Position numbers and translations under genes: made by a program. A stretch of DNA of 64,000 nucleotides from Glaucostegus cemiculus (lineage: Eukaryota), in contig CDPCPM010000106.1 in NCBI GenBank assembly GCA_976551045.1, forward strand, positions 21,886,001 to 21,950,000, in the 5' to 3' direction. Under the pieces are notes generated by a model. It was not told where the DNA came from and made no database searches. It saw only the letters and a program-made list of their open reading frames with translations. The stretch's first letter is position 1. Every line of letters starts with the position of its first letter. Shown piece by piece: positions 54,423 to 64,000 of this stretch.

Positions 54423-54868
54423 TGTGTTAAAACAGGACTTGGGTTCTTTTGGGTTCCTTTTGAACGACAGAATTGGTAATGAAGGACACCACAGAAAGTT
54501 TGAGTAACTTTACTTAACAAAACTAAAAACAACTAAACACAAAGGAAACCATAGCTCGAACCACAAACCTAACGCAAATTAAAAGAAACAAGACCAGAAA
54601 ACCAAACTCTCCCACTTAACACTTCCCTGGTAAAAATCAAGCTCACATTTGCATGCAGTTCTCAGTGACAGTCGTTGGCATCCAGTACCAGGCAACGTTG
54701 CATTCTCTGCCACTCGGTCTATCGCCAAAGGGCAGCCCCAGGTACTTCAGCAAGAGGTAAAGGGGCTTAACAGTCGTCAGGCGTTGGCTGTGAACCAACC
54801 CGTGGAGAAGCTCCGAAGGACTCTCTTGCGGGGCGCATCTTTATAGTCAAGGAGGGCTTTGTGGCCCC
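54423..54868 (-). mobile_element. ERV LTR piece A1 (3' half, ending ...TTTTAACACA and followed by AGGGC)
   Basis: Reverse complement aligns with 58824-59273 of the full LTR and directly with 61010-61300. Confidence 0.92.
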
Positions 54869-55404
54869 AGAATGCAAGCCCAGATACTGGTCTGCCAGTT
54901 TCCAGAAACTATTTTGGGAATGAATGTGCTCAAGGGCATGAGTGAAAAAACAAATGTGAGAAAATGTACGTTTGGGATTCGGAAGACCAATGCTTTTACA
55001 ATGGGGACCACTAAATGGGAGCCTTTGGATGAACTTGCACCTGATGGGGTAGTTTTCCACAAACAGTGCAGAATCCCCGGGGGACACAAAGAAATTATGG
55101 AGACCCTTAGGGAACTGGAACAATATGGGGTGGTAAGACCAGCCACATCACCGCACAATAGCCCTGTAGGGCCAGTAAGGAAATTGGATGGGAGCTGGAG
55201 CATGACAGTCGATTATCGATAACTAAACAAGCATGCTCTGTTCCTAGCCTCAGCAGTGCCAGATATTGTTAATCTGGTAATATCAGAGGGAGGACATGAG
55301 CAGTATGCAGTGATTGATCTAATGCCTTTTTCTCAATTCCTTTGGATGCAAGTTCTCAGGATCAGTTTGCTTTCACCTGGGAGGGGAGGCAGTACACATT
55401 TACC
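54869..55404 (+). pseudogene. ERV protease C-terminus / reverse transcriptase N-terminal fragment (stop and frameshifts)
   Basis: PETILGMNVL...KWEPL...KQCRIPGGHKEIMETLRELEQYGVVRPATSPHNSPVGPVRKLDGSWSMTVDYR*LNK...AVPDIV...AFFSIPL...QDQFAFTWEGRQYTFT, collinear with ERV-L-type Pol. Ends before the YxDD motif. Confidence 0.92.
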
Positions 55405-55732
55405 AGCATAACAAAGGATCCCACACCTCTGCTAAACCTTCCCATTGTTTTCAAGAGTCTGATCGGTCACTAGTGCAGAAAAATTCCACTGTTATTGAAC
55501 AGATAAAATTTCCAACCTTCTAGAGGGTGGGTGGCTCCATGAGGGTGTAGCCGAGGAAGGTTTGTGATGGACTCAAACAAAGCCCTGGGCTTTGCTCTGG
55601 GCAAAGTCTGATAGGGAAAATTAACACGCCCCATTCTCTCACCTGGCTGAAGCATACACTGATTGTGTGCAAAGCTGCCCATTCAACTGCATCCAATAAA
55701 TGCTTGGGGCTACCTGTTAAAGTCACATCTTG
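55405..55732 (-). mobile_element. ERV LTR piece A2 (middle/U3 part)
   Basis: Reverse complement aligns with ~58500-58815 of the full LTR. Confidence 0.88.
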
Positions 55733-55733
55733 T

Positions 55734-56140
55734 TGTCACGCAAAAAGTCCAGAACCAAGTTAAAAGTAACCAACAGATCTTTATTGTTTCACGCTAGCAG
55801 AGTTGGGGGGGGGGGGTTACACGGAGGAGCAAACAGACAGTGCTGCTCTTCCCTGCACACGGTCTGACTCAAAGAAATACAGGGTGCTAATTTAGCTTAA
55901 ATACGTTGTTCTCCGGTAGGTGTGCTTGGTCAGCTCGCACTGCCATTGGTCAAAACACAGCTATTGTGTGTAGCCTTACATGTTCTTTACTGTTGGTACC
56001 TTTCATTACACCCTGTACCCTGTTTCCTTCCTACACACCCTGTACCCTGTTTCCTTCGTATCATGCTACGTTCTGCAACTAGCAGATGGCTTACTATTTT
56101 ATAACCATTAACTCTTTGTTCACCAGAGTTCCCTGCCCAT
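55734..56140 (-). mobile_element. Unrelated LTR-like fragment (second family)
   Basis: Minus-strand order CCAAT (55945-55949), TATTTAA (55897-55903), AATAAA (55780-55785), terminus ...CGTGACA. Short tandem repeat at ~56007-56058. No similarity to the main LTR. Confidence 0.55.
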
Positions 56141-56152
56141 TGCCCTCTACAG

Positions 56153-56593
56153 CAGTGGTTTTCAACCTTTTTCATGCTGTGGCCCCCCAGAGCATGTCCT
56201 TGTTAGATGGTGGACCCCCAAAGCCCACAAAATCATTTAACAGTGACGTCACTGTGGTGTAACTGCATGGTAAGTAAGGAATATTATTAAGGCATACCAA
56301 CAATGGCACTCAGTCTCGCTAACACTACAGTGCACAACAGAATAGTAGTGAGTAGTGAACACTACTGACTACACAAATCGAATATTAAGCGGCAGCTTAC
56401 CAGAAGGGAACACGGTCTAAGTCTCTAAGATTGTCGCCTATAACAGATAGAATAGATATGGCCGATTTTCTGAATACTGGAAAACTGAAGCAAGCAAGTA
56501 AGCTCCGTCTTTGTAACAGGCCGCTTTTCCATTCTTTTCTTGGCTTGCTCGCGGACCCCCAGGGGTCCACGGACCACAGGTTGAAAACCTCTG
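56153..56593. mobile_element. Non-autonomous hAT-type DNA transposon (MITE), 441 bp
   Basis: TIRs CAGTGGTTTTCAACCT / AGGTTGAAAACCTCTG (15/16 match). Perfect 8-bp TSD CTCTACAG at 56145-56152 and 56594-56601. Confidence 0.93.
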
Positions 56594-57002
56594 CTCTACA
56601 GAATGGGCTGTACAAAATGGTGTGAGCTGGGTATTTCACATTCCCCATTACCCCCAAGCTTCTAGGTTAATTGAAAGGATGAATGGTCTCTTGAAACAGC
56701 AGATTCGTGTGCTGACCCCCACAGATACACTGCAGGGATGGCATTCTGTGTTATCCTTAGCACTGTATAATCTGAACAACAGACCCAGACCCCTGGGCAT
56801 CCCCATGAGTAGGATAATTCAGTCAGACCCTTCTGTCACATCTGAATCGGAGGTAGAGGAGGAGCAAACTCCCTCAGCCGGACAAAAACTATGGGTGCAT
56901 TGGCCTAACCAAGCCCTGCAACAGGGTGCAGCAATAGCAAGCAGCAATGGCGTTACCTCTTGGGTCATGTTAAGGGGGGGGCTGAAAAACCCATTCGTAT
57001 AA
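56594..57002 (+). pseudogene. ERV integrase C-terminal fragment
   Basis: EWAVQNGVSWVFHIPHYPQASRLIERMNGLLKQQI...LYNLNNRP: region of the catalytic E of the DDE triad, followed by the C-terminal domain. Confidence 0.9.
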
Positions 57003-57189
57003 ATCATGGTAAACTGACTAAAAGAGAATGAAAGGATAATGTCGAGACTGCCCTTTCTGTCATTACAGGGTAACAAATACGGATCAAAAAGCTGGAAAGA
57101 ATGTTGTGAGGAGAGCCGTGATTTTCACGTTTAAGGGGCATTATCAGACTTTGCTTGGACTGACTTTATGTACTCAAATCTTGAATAAG

Positions 57190-58300
57190 ATGCAGATTTT
57201 GCTTAGAATTAGTTTTATCGTATTGTGATGTTATATTGAGGCACCATAGAGATTTACATGTAAATACCTATTTGTATATGTCACATACTTATGCTAAAAG
57301 TGTTGACATAACAAGCTGTTGGGTGTACTGCACATTCCCATACACTCCACAGAGGGTATCCTGCTGTGCCCTGTCCCCCTTAATAGAGCTGAAGCTTTAG
57401 CTTGGTTAGCTTGTGATATAATACTCGCTCATCACTGCCGAAGACACTATCCTCTCCTAACATTACCCAAAATATAACTATCGGCATTTTGAAGGATGGT
57501 ATAATCCTCAGTATGACACTTCCCATATTCCACCATCTATGCCCTGACCAACACTTCAGGTATCAGCTGACCAATAGGCCGCTTTGTTTTCAGAAGTTTA
57601 ATGATTCCGGACCTTGGGTTGGGAATAGCTCTTGTAATGTTGATATCTTTGTGGACCACAGACATAATTTTATACCACCTCCTTTGAATGGTACCTATTT
57701 TATCTGTGGCCATCGGGCCTACTGCTGGTTACCAAATGGGTGACGAGGCTCCTGTTACACGTGTGTGTGCGCTCGCGTTGAAGGGTGCAACAAGAGAGAT
57801 CAGTCAAGTAGAGGGAGCAGTTGCAGTTGTAGTCCCTATATGTATGGTACAGTAAGGGTGATAAAGGAGTTGCAAATTTTAGCCAGATTACTGGAGGAGG
57901 TAGCAAGTGCCACTACTGAAGCTTTAAGTGAAATTAATGCTGAAATGGTAGCTTTGTGGACTGTAGCATTGCAAAACCATATGGCTTTAGATTTTATCCT
58001 CACAAAAAAGGGGGGAACATGTGCAATTGTGGGAAGTCACTGTTGTACCCATGTTCCTGACAAATCAGAAAATATTACAAACTTGGCAGCTCACATCAGG
58101 AAGTCAGTAATGTAATTCCCATCAGACAGAAACTTAAGTCCTTGTGGGCTTGAGCAGCCACCTGGATGGGTTCACTTGGGATTTCCATTACGCAGGGGAT
58201 AACTTCCTTTATGCTTGCTATAATTGCTATTTTCTTATCCTTTTGAATGCTTAAATGCTGCTTACTGTATGCAGATACTTTGTGCCAAGGTGCTGATGCA
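57190..58300 (+). pseudogene. ERV envelope gene (gamma-type), disrupted
   Basis: SU: TSCWVY/..HIPIHS (decayed CWxC) and PLNGTYFICGHRAYCWLPNG*RGSCY. TM: EALSEINAEMVALWTVALQNHMALDFILTKKGGTCAIVGSHCC (ISU + CX6CC). Acceptor-like ctttctgtcattacag at 57068. Confidence 0.9.
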
Positions 58301-58355
58301 CAGCCAACAACCCCTAATGTAAATCTTTAAGCAACAGTGAAATCAAGGGGTGGAT

Positions 58356-59273
58356 TGTGGTGAGATGAAAAACAATCAATGATTTCCCTGTGGCAACAGC
58401 TACCTATGGCTGGATTTAACTAAAGGGTTAAAAGAAGCATCTTTCTCTGTTAGGACTATTTTGTTTTTTCCGCAGGAGTTACTGAAACTGTGTGAAACAG
58501 CAAGACATCAGTGTGGAAGGTAACCCAAGCATTAATTGGATGCTGTTAAACGGGCAGCTTTGCAAAACAATCAAGATCTGCTTCAGCGAGATAATGGGGA
58601 GTGTTAATTTGCCCCATCAGACAAGATCCCAGGGTTTTGTCTGAGATTGTCACAAACTTTTCTCAGCTACACACTCATGGAGCCACCCACCTTCAAGAAG
58701 ATCAGAATTTTTATCTGTTTATTAACAGTGGAATTTTTCTGCATTAATGGCTGACGAGACTCTCAAAAACAACCGGAAGGTTTAGCAAAGGTGTGGAATC
58801 CTTTGTTAAGCTAGGACCAAACAGGGCACGAAGCCCTCCTTGACAATCAAGATATGCCCTGCAAAAGAGTCCTTCGGAGCTTCTCCACAGGTTGGTTCAC
58901 GGCCAACACCTGACGACTGTCAAGCCCCTTCACGTCTTCATGAGTACCTGGGGCTCCCCTTTGGTGATAGATTGAGTGGCAGAGAATGCAACATTGTTAA
59001 GTACTGGATGCTGATAAGTATCACTGAGAACTGCATCCAAACATGAGCTCGATTTTACCAGGGAAGTGTTAAGTGAGACAGTTTGTGTTTTTGATCTTGT
59101 TTCTTTTAATTTGGATTAGGTTTGTGGTTAGAGCTGTAGTTTCCTTAGTGTTTAGTTGTATTTAGTTGTGTTAAATAAAGTTAGTCAACCTTTATGTGAA
59201 ATTGTAATGTCTTTCATTACCGATTCTGTCGTTCATAAGCAACCCAGAAGAACCTGAGTCCTGTTTTAATTCA
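58356..59273 (+). mobile_element. Complete ERV 3' LTR B (918 bp), preceded by a PPT
   Basis: AAGGGGTGGAT (58345-58355) then TGTGG...; AATAAA at 59174-59179; ends ...TTTTAATTCA. Confidence 0.92.
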
Positions 59274-60750
59274 CTGGGGCATATGGCCTCAGGTCCCTCA
59301 CTGGGGCTTAGGAAATCCTGTACACAGACAGGGGACCCTGGCTGTCCCCCTATGGGATAAGCCAACTGGACTTCCATCCACTCTTTGACCCAGATAAAGC
59401 TGTCGCTTGCTTCTCTTGAACCCGAATAGTCTGTTTCAGACTCTCCAGGGAAGAATACAGTGATGCAACTGGGTGTGCGGAAGGCATTACCCCGTGTTCC
59501 CCTGCCCACACTTTTCCTTCCACATAGCATGCATTGTTGTGGTAGTAATGCTGTCAACCTCTTCTCTCGGTATCCTGCCTTCAACAGACGTAGAAACATT
59601 GCTTTGTGAGTAGGTCCCTGAGACAGTTTGACAACTCCTCGCTGGTCTTTCTGAACAGCCTTTGACCAGTCACCACTCCACTGTGCATGTGGAGGTGCTT
59701 CTCGAATAGATTGCAGCTTGCTACTCCCCTCTATCGTGTTTTCCAATGTTCCCATGGCAAACGCTGCCTCCCCTACCGATTTACCCAGCACAGGGGTAGT
59801 TAGTGCTATCACACCCCTATTAATGAACTAGCAGCTGACTGTCCTAGTCTCGCTTGGAGTCCTTGGGTAAAAGGGGCTTCATTTGGGCCGCTCGGCTGAT
59901 CTTCATATATTGTGCCTTTAATGTCCATTTCCCGCAGCCGCTGTACACCTTGTTCGGGTGTGCTCCACTCTGAAGGGCTTACGTGCCAGTCTATCAGGCT
60001 GGGGTAACACTGTCGAATAGCGTGCAGCACCTGGCTCAACAGGGAGCCTGTTGCCAACCCACCCCCGTAAAGCTGCATTGGCCCAGTGGTGTGGGCTGAC
60101 GGATCCCAGCACAACCACTTGGCAGTGGACAATTCAATCTCACCCCCACCTGCATCCCAGATTCGGGCTAGCCAGGCCGTGAGTGACTCTGCTCTCTGCT
60201 GACAAAATCTATCCTGCAAATCCCTCAACTCCGCTCCACTAAAATCCCGAGAAACGACCTGTCATGGCTGGGCATGCTGTTGGGGTGCCTACTGTTCTTG
60301 GTCATCCCAATCCTCATCATTCCCTACTCTCACCACCCCATTCATCCTCATGCTTATTCACTATAGTTTTGAGGGGGCGGATCTGATAAGGAGGATTGTT
60401 ATCGCCCACTCCCTCCATGGGTTGATTTACCTGTCCATCGTCAGGGTCAGACCAGATATCTCCATCCCATGCATCTAGATCCCAGCTTGTACCTTTACAG
60501 GGTCTGGGGTACACCAATCTTATCTGCTATTTCTTTTTGTTTAGCCACTGCAAGCTGGCAGGCGAGCATGGCCCCTGACTGTTTGGCTCTCTCAGCCAGT
60601 TTTAGGCTGTGTGTACCATTTCATGTGCTAAATTCAACTGCCTCCCCTCCTCCTCTAATTCATCCTCCAAGCTGGAAACAACTTCTTCCCCCAAGGCATT
60701 TATTTGTTGCTCCCTATCCTTGAGTGCATCCATAAACATCTAAAGTGCAG
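59274..60750 (-). pseudogene. ERV gag remnant (ERV-L/Fv1-related type), frameshifted, running into the start of pro
   Basis: WDLDAWDGDIWSDPDD; ELRDLQDRFCQQRAESLTAWLARIWDAGGGEIELS; ...GVQRLREM...; ends ...RDLRPYAPV at the LTR B junction. No CCHC knuckle seen. Confidence 0.85.
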
Positions 60751-60989
60751 CACCAGCGGTGCCCTTTTTAAATGGAAAGCCCGCTTCCTGTAACACCTGG
60801 GATACCTCCGATGAGCTATCTTCTCTGGCCCTTGCAACAACTGAGTTCCCCAAGTCTTTGGCTCATGTTTACGTGCTACTAAATTAGCCAGGAGTACCAA
60901 AACCCTCAGAATTATCCAACCAGCTAGGAATAAAACATTCTTCTGGCTTATCTCTGTCTTTCTTTCCCCGAAACATCGTTTAGAAATTA

Positions 60990-61007
60990 ACCCTGCTCGC
61001 AGCGCCA
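60990..61007 (-). promoter_or_regulatory. Retroviral primer-binding site, tRNA-Ser-like
   Basis: TGGCGCTGCGAGCAGGGT 2 nt after the LTR end ...ATACA. Its complement ACCCTGCTCGCAGCGCCA resembles the 3' ends of vertebrate tRNA-Ser(UGA/CGA) as recalled, not searched. Confidence 0.75.
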
Positions 61008-61009
61008 AA

Positions 61010-61300
61010 TGTATTAAAACAGGACTCAAGTTCCTTTGGGTTCCTTTTGAACGACAGAATCGGTAATGAAAGACACCACAATTTCACGAAAAGTTTGAGT
61101 AACTTTATTTAACACAACTAAAAGCAACTGAACACAAAAGAAACTACAGCTCGAACCACAAATCTAATTGAACCCAAATTAAAAGAAACAAGACCAAAGA
61201 CTCAAACTCTCTCACTTAACAGTTCCCTGGTTAAATCAAGCTTACGTTTGCATGCAGTTCTCAGTGATACTTATCGGCATCCAGTACCTAGCAATGTTGC
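61010..61300 (-). mobile_element. ERV 5' LTR piece C (3' portion), directly followed by PBS and gag
   Basis: Aligns with 54423-54700 directly and with 58990-59273 inverted. Confidence 0.9.
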
Positions 61301-61505
61301 GTGAATTGGTATGGAAACCTAAAGTGGGAAGGGAATGCACTCTGACATAATGGTTTAAATGAATTTTGTGACTAAACAAATGAACCTTTTTTTTCTCCTT
61401 GATTATTGTGATACCTAAGAGCTTTTCCATCATTAGCACTATACTCTCAACAAAAAAAGCTTTACTAAACTTGGTCTGGGACTGTATGATGTTGACACCA
61501 AGGGC

Positions 61506-61660
61506 TGTGGTAAGATGAAAAATATTCAATGATTTCCCTGTTGCAACAGCTACCAATGGCTGGATGTAACTGAAAGGGTTAAAAGAAGCATCTTTCTCTT
61601 TAGGACTATTCATTTTTTCCCAGGAGTTACTGAAACAGTGTGAAACAGCAAGACATCACT
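61506..61660 (+). mobile_element. ERV LTR piece D (first ~155 bp), preceded by AGGGC
   Basis: TGTGGTAAGATGAAAAATATTCAATGATTTCCCTG... matches 58356-58512. Confidence 0.9.
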
Positions 61661-62759
61661 GCCTACTTAGGAAGAACATTGTGCTGTGAAATCATGCTTA
61701 TTTGATTTCCTCAGATCAGCATTAATGAACTTAAAGATTACCAGTAAAAGTACAGGCAGTATCAAACCATTGCTGATTTCAGCTCAGAACCCATCAAGGT
61801 TTTCAATCAGGCTCTGAACAAAATAATTTCTAATTAAATTCTAATTCCGGACAAGAAACCTACAAATGCCCACTTAGCACCAGATAAACTAGATGTTTGG
61901 CTTTCATTTTTAGAGTGCTTGAACTGCATGGATAGGTAAAAGTAAAATAAATACATAATCCAATCTTGTAACTCCAGATACAGGATTAAGTAGCATTAAA
62001 TATTGAGTAAACAGATTAAAAATCATTGTTATTGTGTAGCAGTAGTATGTACCGTTAACAAAGTCACTCATAACACTACTACTTTAAATAGTAATATTTT
62101 CATTCATAAATGCCAATCTTACACAATATTGTTTTCAGAAAATGCATTGCTATCTTAAAAAACTGCATTGGCTTTACATGAAGCTATTAGGTGCCATTAA
62201 TTGTGTTATCTCAGTTTCAGATTAAAAACTGATTCAGAAAATATCAGACATCAACAATAACTTAATACTTTTTAACAAATGAACGTCTAGAATTTGAATA
62301 CTATTCATTAGCAGACCTCAGGAAGCTCAACTGGGCTATTGTTTCAGGTTCTGATTTGATGGGCTAATTTTTTTCAAAATAATTGGTTCAAGGCTCTTTT
62401 TATGACGTCACAAATTTTAATAGCGCCGCAAGAACCCTTCAAGAAAAAAAATAAGCTCCCTATAAAATAGCAGGCACATAAAAATAAATTATGCTAAGAA
62501 TTAGACGTTAAACCATTTCAGTGGTTATAACTGTTCTGCTGCAACACAGCACTTAACAGTTCCCAATGAATACTCCAAGAGGTCAGAGCTTAGGGTTACA
62601 ATCTCTAATTCTCTGTAACAGACATCTCTTACAGCTCAATTGTTATCTCATTACCTCGTTAAAAGCCAGAATTACCCATTTGTTTCTGTATTTACCTTTC
62701 CTCCCTTTAGTCAAGGCAGAGATCAAACCGATGCCCACACGTCTTGCCAACCTAATTTT

Positions 62760-63260
62760 ACACCGGAAATCGCGGCGGTGCTTATTGATTGACAAAGGCA
62801 TGTAACCACTTAGAAACCTCGCCTCATGCCTCAGCGAATGGGGAGCAAGATAGTGGGCGGGACAATCGGGCTGCCAAGCTAGGTTACACGGGCCGGCGGC
62901 CTATGCGCCTGCGCATCACACGACATCTGGGAGTTGGAGTTTTTCGAAGAGTCAGCTACCAGGGCGAACCGCCGGGGAGGAACTACATGTCCCAGAGTGC
63001 AGTGCGCCGAATCTCCCCCCCTGGTCCACGTCAATGGAATGGCAAGTGGCCGGCGTCCGCTGATGGTTTCCGCTCTCCTCGTTGACATCGACGAGGGCAG
63101 CCGGCCTAACGTTCACCCTGCAGCGGCTGGTGCCCGGGAGGGAACCAGGATTGACAGGAGCCACCGTCCTCCCTGGTCCCGGTCAGCGCGGTCCTGGATT
63201 GTCATCCCGCCCGGAGGCTGCAGCTGCGCCAGATTCACCCGCTGTCCCTCAGCTGCGCCC
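62760..63260. promoter_or_regulatory. CpG-island promoter (probable ZBTB8B promoter/exon 1) with NRF1, GC-box and ZNF143-type motifs
   Basis: GGGCGGG ~62855; TGCGCCTGCGCA 62904-62915 (NRF1-like); AACTACATGTCCCAGAGTGCA from 62981 (ZNF143/THAP11 SBS-like). Minus-strand donor-like AAG|GTAAAT at 62695 and GAG|GTAATG at 62654. Confidence 0.7.
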
Positions 63261-63479
63261 TCTGTTATGTTGAGGTGTGTTCGGTGTTGTTCTGGTGTTT
63301 GTGCCAGTGATAGCAACACTTTACCTCCCACCGTGTTGGTGCCATTACCCCTTCTGTGTTGAGAGGTTGCATTCCACTCCATGACATCTCTATACAGCCG
63401 CGTGGTAAATGAACCTAACCGTTGGCTATCAACTTTAAAAGTTAAAGGTCCTCGGATATTTTCTTATTGGCGGGGTTAT

Positions 63480-63950
63480 TTACCACATTAGGGTCAGGAG
63501 CAGGCTAGTTGGCCCTTCCTGCCCCGCCATTCAATGAGGTAATGGCGAATCCAATCTTGGCTTCAGCTCAACTTTCCCAGTATCTTCGATACCCCTTGAC
63601 TCACTTCTGTTGTTAAATGTCTTGGTAATTTTTGCCTTAAAAATATTCAATGACTCTGCCTCTACTGATCTGGGGTAGAGAATGCAAAAGAATCAAAACC
63701 CTCTGCGAGAAGAAATTCCTCCTCATCTTCATCTGAAATGAAATGATTCTTTATTCTGAAACATTGCTCGCTAGTTCTAGATATCTCTAGAAGGGGAAAA
63801 CATCTACTTAACATCCACTCTGTCAATTCCCCCTCAGAATCTTATGTGTCCAATGAGTTCAGCTCTTATTCTTCTCTTGTCCAATGGGTTTAGGTCAACC
63901 ACCTCAACCTTCCTTCATATGTCAACTTCCTCATCCTATGGAGCAAACCA
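63480..63950 (-). mobile_element. CR1 3' fragment (antisense)
   Basis: GGAGCAGG...GGCCCTTC...CCATTCAATGAG and GAGAAGAAATTCCTCCTCATCT, inverse of the CR1 tails seen elsewhere in the window. Confidence 0.6.
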
Positions 63951-64000
63951 GTAGGTAGTGATGCAGAAGATTAAAATGCATCGAACGATTCCGATCATCT

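Larger units (their letters stand above)
54423..61660. mobile_element. Decayed, rearranged class III (ERV-L/ERV-S-like) endogenous retrovirus complex in ZBTB8B intron 1
   Basis: Four pieces of one LTR family, a PBS, gag, pro-RT, IN, env and a PPT, in mixed orientations (see sub-features). Confidence 0.92.

Noticed and set aside
57190-58300. Possible domesticated (syncytin-like) env
   Set aside because: Multiple stops and frameshifts, CWxC motif decayed, furin/fusion-peptide region not recognisable; not an intact ORF.
59274-60750. Possible Fv1-like domesticated gag
   Set aside because: Broken into at least three frames; no intact ORF.

Overview
Eukaryotic (vertebrate) genomic DNA, inferred to be from a cartilaginous fish based on its repeat content (V-SINE/HE1-like and Deu-SINE-like SINEs, CR1, Rex1/Babar, Tx1). 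Three complete minus-strand genes can be assembled by hand with canonical GT-AG introns: FUCA1 (8 coding exons, 17959->5556, 458 aa), ZBTB8A (3 coding exons, 27477->24575, 473 aa, CpG island at ~30 kb with two GC-rich minisatellites) and ZBTB8B (3 coding exons, 54293->37565, 473 aa, CpG-island promoter at ~63 kb). The most striking feature is the presumed ZBTB8B intron 1 (54.4-61.7 kb). It is almost filled by a decayed, rearranged class III (ERV-L/ERV-S-like) endogenous retrovirus: tRNA-Ser-type PBS, ERV-L-type gag/pro/RT/IN, gamma-type env (ISU and CX6CC motifs), an AAGGGGTGGA polypurine tract and a 918-bp LTR. Its pieces lie in both orientations, a 5-bp TSD (AGGGC) flanks termini now on opposite strands, and an unrelated LTR and a hAT MITE are nested inside it. 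All calls come from manual reading; no database searches were run.
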